Of a stretch of DNA of 64,000 nucleotides, positions 62,596 through 64,000 are shown piece after piece. The stretch is from Heteronotia binoei (taxonomy: Eukaryota). The notes below the pieces were generated by a model. The model was not told the origin of the DNA, did no database searches, and saw only the letters and a list, made by a program, of their open reading frames with translations. Position numbers and translations under genes: made by a program. The DNA is taken from positions 65,968,001 through 66,032,000 of the forward strand of contig NC_083230.1 in NCBI RefSeq assembly GCF_032191835.1, written 5' to 3'. How positions within the stretch are numbered: the stretch's first letter is position 1; every line of letters starts with the position of its first letter.

Positions 62596-64000
62596 CTGAT
62601 ATTTTCCAGGTTTGATATACCTGAACCCCCAAAATACCAATTTTTGTGCACACCCCTAGAAATGACTCCACACACACACTGTTTTGATACTGCATAGCTG
62701 TGGGGAATCCATAGTTTGTTCCTGAGCCTTCCAACTATAAAGTTAGGGATACAAGCACACACATTTATTTCCTTTTGTTTGAAAAAGGACATTTAAAAAC
62801 CAATCCAAAGAGCTGTATCAATGCTTGTCTAAGAAAGCTTTGAATTCATGTTGATTTCCTCATAAGAAAAATGACCTGGGGTGGGTAGAAAATCATTTTA
62901 AATGGAAACAATTCCAAAGAAGTATGTGATATGGGGAGTGGGGTCTGCTTGTAAAAAAGGAAAAATGGAAAATCCAGCAAGATGTATGCAAGATGTTCAA
63001 CATACTTTGGACTGAGATCTTAAACTCGGGCAGTGGCAATGCAACATGCTTGACTGAGCAACTTCCACCAGATTAAGTCTTCAGACTTGAGGATTGCTTT
63101 CTAGAATGGAGTTGTATGTATTCTATAAAGCACTCAGCACATAGGTTGGTGTGAAATTATGGGGAGTGAACTTAGTAGAGTTGTTGAACCCACTGGAAAC
63201 TGAAGAGTAAATAGCACAGCACTAGAAGCTGAGGAAAACCTATGTATGTATTTGAGCTAGCAAGGTACACAGCTTGGTTCTCGACAATAAGGCTCATCTT
63301 CCAGATGGATCTCTAACCAACAGCCCTATGTGACTGGTGCATAGCATTGTTTTAAACATGCCCTTCTGACATTAGGGTTAAGGATTATATTTTCCAGGCA
63401 ACCTAGGCACTTTCTGAATTAGACAGTATTGTTGCACAAAAGAGTTCAGTGAAAATGGGACAACAATAATAGAGGCGTTGTAACTTGCATTTACCCAGCA
63501 TGACATTTTTCTGCCCATCAGCTTCTGGAGAGCTGTGATATTTTAAGCTGTGATGGCCACAGTACTGTTTTTATGCTTATTTTTGTGTATAAAGGGGAGA
63601 GACTGGAGGAAAAAAATCACAATTCTAGGAAGTAGTACCATTGTAGATGTAATTTTTAGTTTCCAGATATTCTCACCTTTGTTTGATTTGAATTATTGGT
63701 AGCTATATTGTAATTTTGGTGCTATAGCTCTTACAAATATCTTTTGCCAAGCAGGAAAGGCTAGATGCAAACACCTCTTGCTCAACAGGGAGTAGTGACT
63801 AATCTGATGCAATTAGCAATACACATAGCCTTTCAAAAAAAGAGAGAGAGGCCCAGGAGTTGAATGCAAGTGGAGAGCTGTATCTGTCATGGTTTTAAGC
63901 TAGTTTCTCCATATCAGCTTGCAGCATTAGCAGCTTTTGATATGTGGGTGTATCACTCTAAAGAAATACCGAAAGCACAGTGCCAATTCTAGAAGCATTA

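Overview
Vertebrate genomic window, almost certainly a squamate reptile and probably a gecko (inferred from Squam2/Squam3-like SINEs, squamate L1/L2/CR1/RTE LINEs and hAT MITEs). It contains the conserved head-to-head pair CEP290 (minus strand; probable non-coding exon 1 and coding exons 2-5, continuing off the left edge) and TMTC3 (plus strand; complete, 13 coding exons giving an uninterrupted 2754-nt CDS, 917 aa). The two genes share a CpG-island bidirectional promoter at about 9.1-10.2 kb. Introns and the downstream flank are rich in transposable elements. The most notable items are: (1) a full-length but decayed Gmr1-like Ty3/Gypsy LTR retrotransposon with a SCAN-like capsid, PR-IN-RT-RH order and non-canonical TG...TA LTRs, plus an older solo LTR of the same family in inverted orientation; (2) Penelope-like termini carrying minimal hammerhead ribozyme motifs, intact only antisense to TMTC3; (3) a Tc1 element built from two right ends, forming a roughly 400-bp-arm hairpin; (4) a possible Academ-like transposase fossil next to a microhomology-linked duplication/inversion; (5) an L1 insertion with an 18-bp TSD that expanded a roughly 100-nt CEP290 intron; (6) a 31-bp retroposed micro-insertion. 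No wholly new biological system could be demonstrated from the sequence alone. All family assignments come from motif recognition, not database searches.
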